Assembly (NCBI GenBank): GCA_036172245.1
Contig: JAYWIR010000041.1
Coordinates: 1,984,001-2,007,990 of the forward strand
DNA: 23,990 bases
Direction of reading: 5' to 3'
Source of the DNA: Raillietiella orientalis
Lineage: Eukaryota
Part shown: positions 20,916 to 23,990 of the stretch, in pieces
Numbering within the stretch: the first letter of the stretch is position 1
Layout of the letters: every line of letters starts with the position of its first letter
Position numbers and translations under genes: made by a program
Notes under the pieces: generated by a model
What the model was told of the DNA's origin: nothing
What the model saw: the letters and a program-made list of their open reading frames with translations, nothing else
Database searches by the model: none

Positions 20916-23360
20916 GTTCGGAATACCGTCAAGCGAAATCGCGCAGAGGTCTTCGGCAGCACTCGTTACTTACGAGATTGGTGTCTTGAGGTTGTGTTTG
21001 CTGCTTCTCCCTGTATGGCGAACATCAGGAAAATTCCGACAATCCATGAACACATCTCGACAATCGTGCAGCCACTTTGGAAACCACCTCGAGTTATCAG
21101 CATCATGGATCCAATTCCCTACGATTGCGGCAACGCTTAGAAGAAAAGGTCTCTGCAAGCTATGATTTTGTGTAAAAAAGGATTTTCTTAAATGATAAAA
21201 GTGGAAAACGGTAAGGTCACTTTTTTTTTCTTTCTCAATACGCATTTGTGCGTTTTTTTGTCAGCTTCCAATGCCCGTTATTTGGAAAGGGTCGTTTGTG
21301 GTTTTCCGTTTTGGAATCTGCGGGAATACCAGTGGATTCAATCCGAATTATTTGGGTGCTTCCATTTTATTACATTAAATAAGACCTTTATGCTGGATTC
21401 GTGACCAGGTCTTGATCTACCTCTATAAGTCTCTTTCATGAGTAACAAAGACGGTATACAGATTCTTAAAGGGCCAAACAAGAGTGGTGTTCTTTTTTGT
21501 CCTGCTCAAAGGCCGCTCTCAAACCAAGAAACTCGCTTCCCGTGAGTTTCGCATTCCAATTTCGAACTGTGCTTTCACGCAAGCGGACGACGAGATGTTA
21601 GAGAAGGATGGTATCCAACGCAGTGCAGCGTTCCATTCCCTTGTGATTTGCATCCTCAGCGTACAGCTCACACTTAATAGTCCACGTAGGGTAAGAGAAA
21701 GAAGCACAGGAGAATAGCCTCACATGCCATGTGGCAGCATGCGTTATCGCGGTCGAGCCAAAGGTGTTTTTTGAGTCAACACATCGAAGGGTCTTCCGAA
21801 TTTCGTTTTTTCCTGGATGTGAGCTGTTGCTGAGTTGCCGTCGTAGACGTCTGTCGCGAATGCCTCAAAACGAAACAGCATCTGAAGCGCACATTTGATA
21901 CCAACAGACGGAGGTTTCTGTACTGCCGCCAAAAGACCCTAACTGATATTGGAATTGACAGTGTCACTGTACGGCTCTCTGATTGGTGTGCCCTTCTTAC
22001 TTGGGAAATCAACTGGTGTCCGAGGTAGCTGACGTAACTTACCTTACTGATGGACTGTGAGCGAAGTTCACCAAAATCATGGCCCATTCATGCATCAACC
22101 GTGCACTATGAATTACCAGACAAAACTACTTATTGGACACCTCATGTCAAAGAAATGGACATTTGTTTTTCATATGACAGCATTGCTGGAAACATTTCTC
22201 AGACAGAACTGTGTTTTGTTCCGTCTAATGGATCTGCAGTGTGTGCAGCCTCCATGACCTTTTCGTGCCCGTAGTCCGCTGTCCTTGCGTGATTTCCTGA
22301 ACGTGAAATGCTAAAAGCAAATAAGCTGAAAAGACTTTCTACCTTTTACGAAATTCTTGCACTGACTTGTCTGATTCGAAACGGAAGCTTCGGCACTTCT
22401 TTGCATTTCCACGGCACACCGAGCTCCGGATCCTTGCACTTCTGGCCCCAACTTCAAAGGGCATGCGGTCGCAGAAGAATCAACACTTTGTCATGAGATG
22501 AAACACTTTCTAGACGAGGAAGCAGAGGGGAACAGTCGCTCTTGAATTCCGATTTCCTCATGCGGAAATGGGTGCATTGCAAAGGGCAAACTTTCGGCTC
22601 CCTATACCCAATCTTTTCTCCGTTGATACGGGCATACGTGACATTCGCCATATCAAGCCCTTTTCGAAAAGTGTGCTTCCTTGATAGTCACCGATTGACC
22701 TCAACGAAAAGTTTCATTTGCCGTCCGTAAAGTACGTCGACTGTTGATCTGCTAATTAGCGGTGCAAGATGCTTTGTTCCTTGGTTTCATAGAGTTCATG
22801 AGTAAGTAGAAAAGGAAAAGCTATCGGGTGCAATCACGGCTGTTTATTTGGTACGATGCTGTTCATGGAAGAGTCTTTGATGTGGCGATAAGCATTTGCT
22901 TCCCTGTGGCAAAATTGCAATTTTGGAAGGACAATGAGGAATGTTCAAGGTCTAACATCAACCCACTCTGAAACTTTGATGATGGGGAGATGATGGTCAG
23001 TTTATGATTTGTTAGGGCGGACATGAAGGGAGCACCATCAGCTTTGCTGAGCGATGCTGTCTCCTGGCTCTGCCGGTTTCGATGTGTGGCGTCTTCCTGG
23101 AAATGAGTCTTGGAAAGCGACTTCCTTGTGCTTTACAGAAGAAGGGCATATGGGTTACCTTGCAAGGATAGCAAAGGTGCGCATGTTGTGAGTAAGAATG
23201 TCCAATTTTAGGTCCCAATTCCCATATGCACGTTAAGGATTCTTAGGGAAATTATCGGAAATGCATCGACGTACTGTGAAAGCAAAAGAAACTGAGAGAG
23301 CTGTATTGGGGTCGACCTTTTGCGTGTCACCGCGAAATACTCTATTTGAAACATACTTGA

Positions 23361-23681
23361 TTTATTTATTTTGAAATACTTTATTTGTTTCGAGACGTAA
23401 TGTTGGGAGGAGAGTGAAGGGGAGAAGGTGAGGTGAATGGTGAGCATAATGTTTTGGGATTAATGGTACTGTCGGAGGAGGGTGGTGGTATTTGCGGTGT
23501 TCGAATGATGATTGTATGATAAATGATGATGGTAAAGTAGTGGAGAATAAGGGGTCCGAATATATGGGCATGGAATGCGGAAATGAATCGATTCATAATG
23601 GAATTCATTGTAGTAATAATAATCGGCAATGTATTGCAATTTGTTATTTTCAATCCTAATGTTTGATTGTTCTAATAAAGT
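23361..23681 (-). mobile_element. Probable 5'-truncated LINE 3' end with (TAAA)n-like tail and a 5-bp target-site duplication
   Basis: Abrupt A/C-rich strand bias. An open frame from the 5' edge (LLEQSNIRIENNKLQYIADYYYYNEFHY...RQYH*) is followed by AATAAA and AAAATAAATAAA. CTTGA flanks both sides (23356-23360, 23682-23686). Confidence 0.5.
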
Positions 23682-23990
23682 CTTGAGGGTCGCTAGACTT
23701 CAAGTGAAAAAAACTGCTGCCACAGATTCGGGAACTTTGACTGAATGAGATCCGTGGATGATCTATTACAGGGGTGTCGAACTGGCGGCCCTCGATGTGA
23801 TGTTATGTGGCCCGCCATGCCCAGAAATGAAATGAAAAAGAAAACACACACGCGCGCACACAATATGTAACGAAGAAAATAGATAATAACCACCGCGTCG
23901 TTGCTATGGCATCCGCTACGATGCACTGCTCAACCGTGGGAGACCTGTGGGAGATTCATAAATGCATCGTGAGAAATAGTCCGAGTTTTT

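Noticed and set aside
1..23990. CRISPR arrays, prokaryotic operons, tRNA genes, LTRs or terminal inverted repeats
   Set aside because: None seen. The sequence has spliceosomal introns and eukaryotic retroelements.

Overview
Eukaryotic genomic DNA, most likely arthropod judging by the CUB-protein family, the 47-nt introns and the DPE-type promoter motifs. About 3.9-16.3 kb is a compact graveyard of decayed non-LTR retrotransposons, fused to a non-functional fragment of 28S rRNA domain V. It holds seven L1/Tx1-like pieces in mostly alternating orientation: G(-), A(+), B(-), D(+), C(+), E(-), F(+). A 5'-truncated RLE-type (NeSL-like) element is nested inside B. The most striking signal is that D+C appear to form one unit-length, circularly permuted element: its 3' end sits directly in front of its own 5' end, and it is bracketed by AAGG. 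The family also has unusual shared traits: an AP endonuclease shortened where the target-recognition hairpin should be, a ~25-aa insertion in the RT, a conserved 3' stem-loop and a GGACGTG internal-promoter motif. To the right is an intact multi-exon, minus-strand gene for an arthropod-type Cys-rich/CUB-domain protein (six exons reconstructed, 5' exon unresolved). A probable LINE tail lies near 23.5 kb. All alignments were made by eye, and junction coordinates are approximate.
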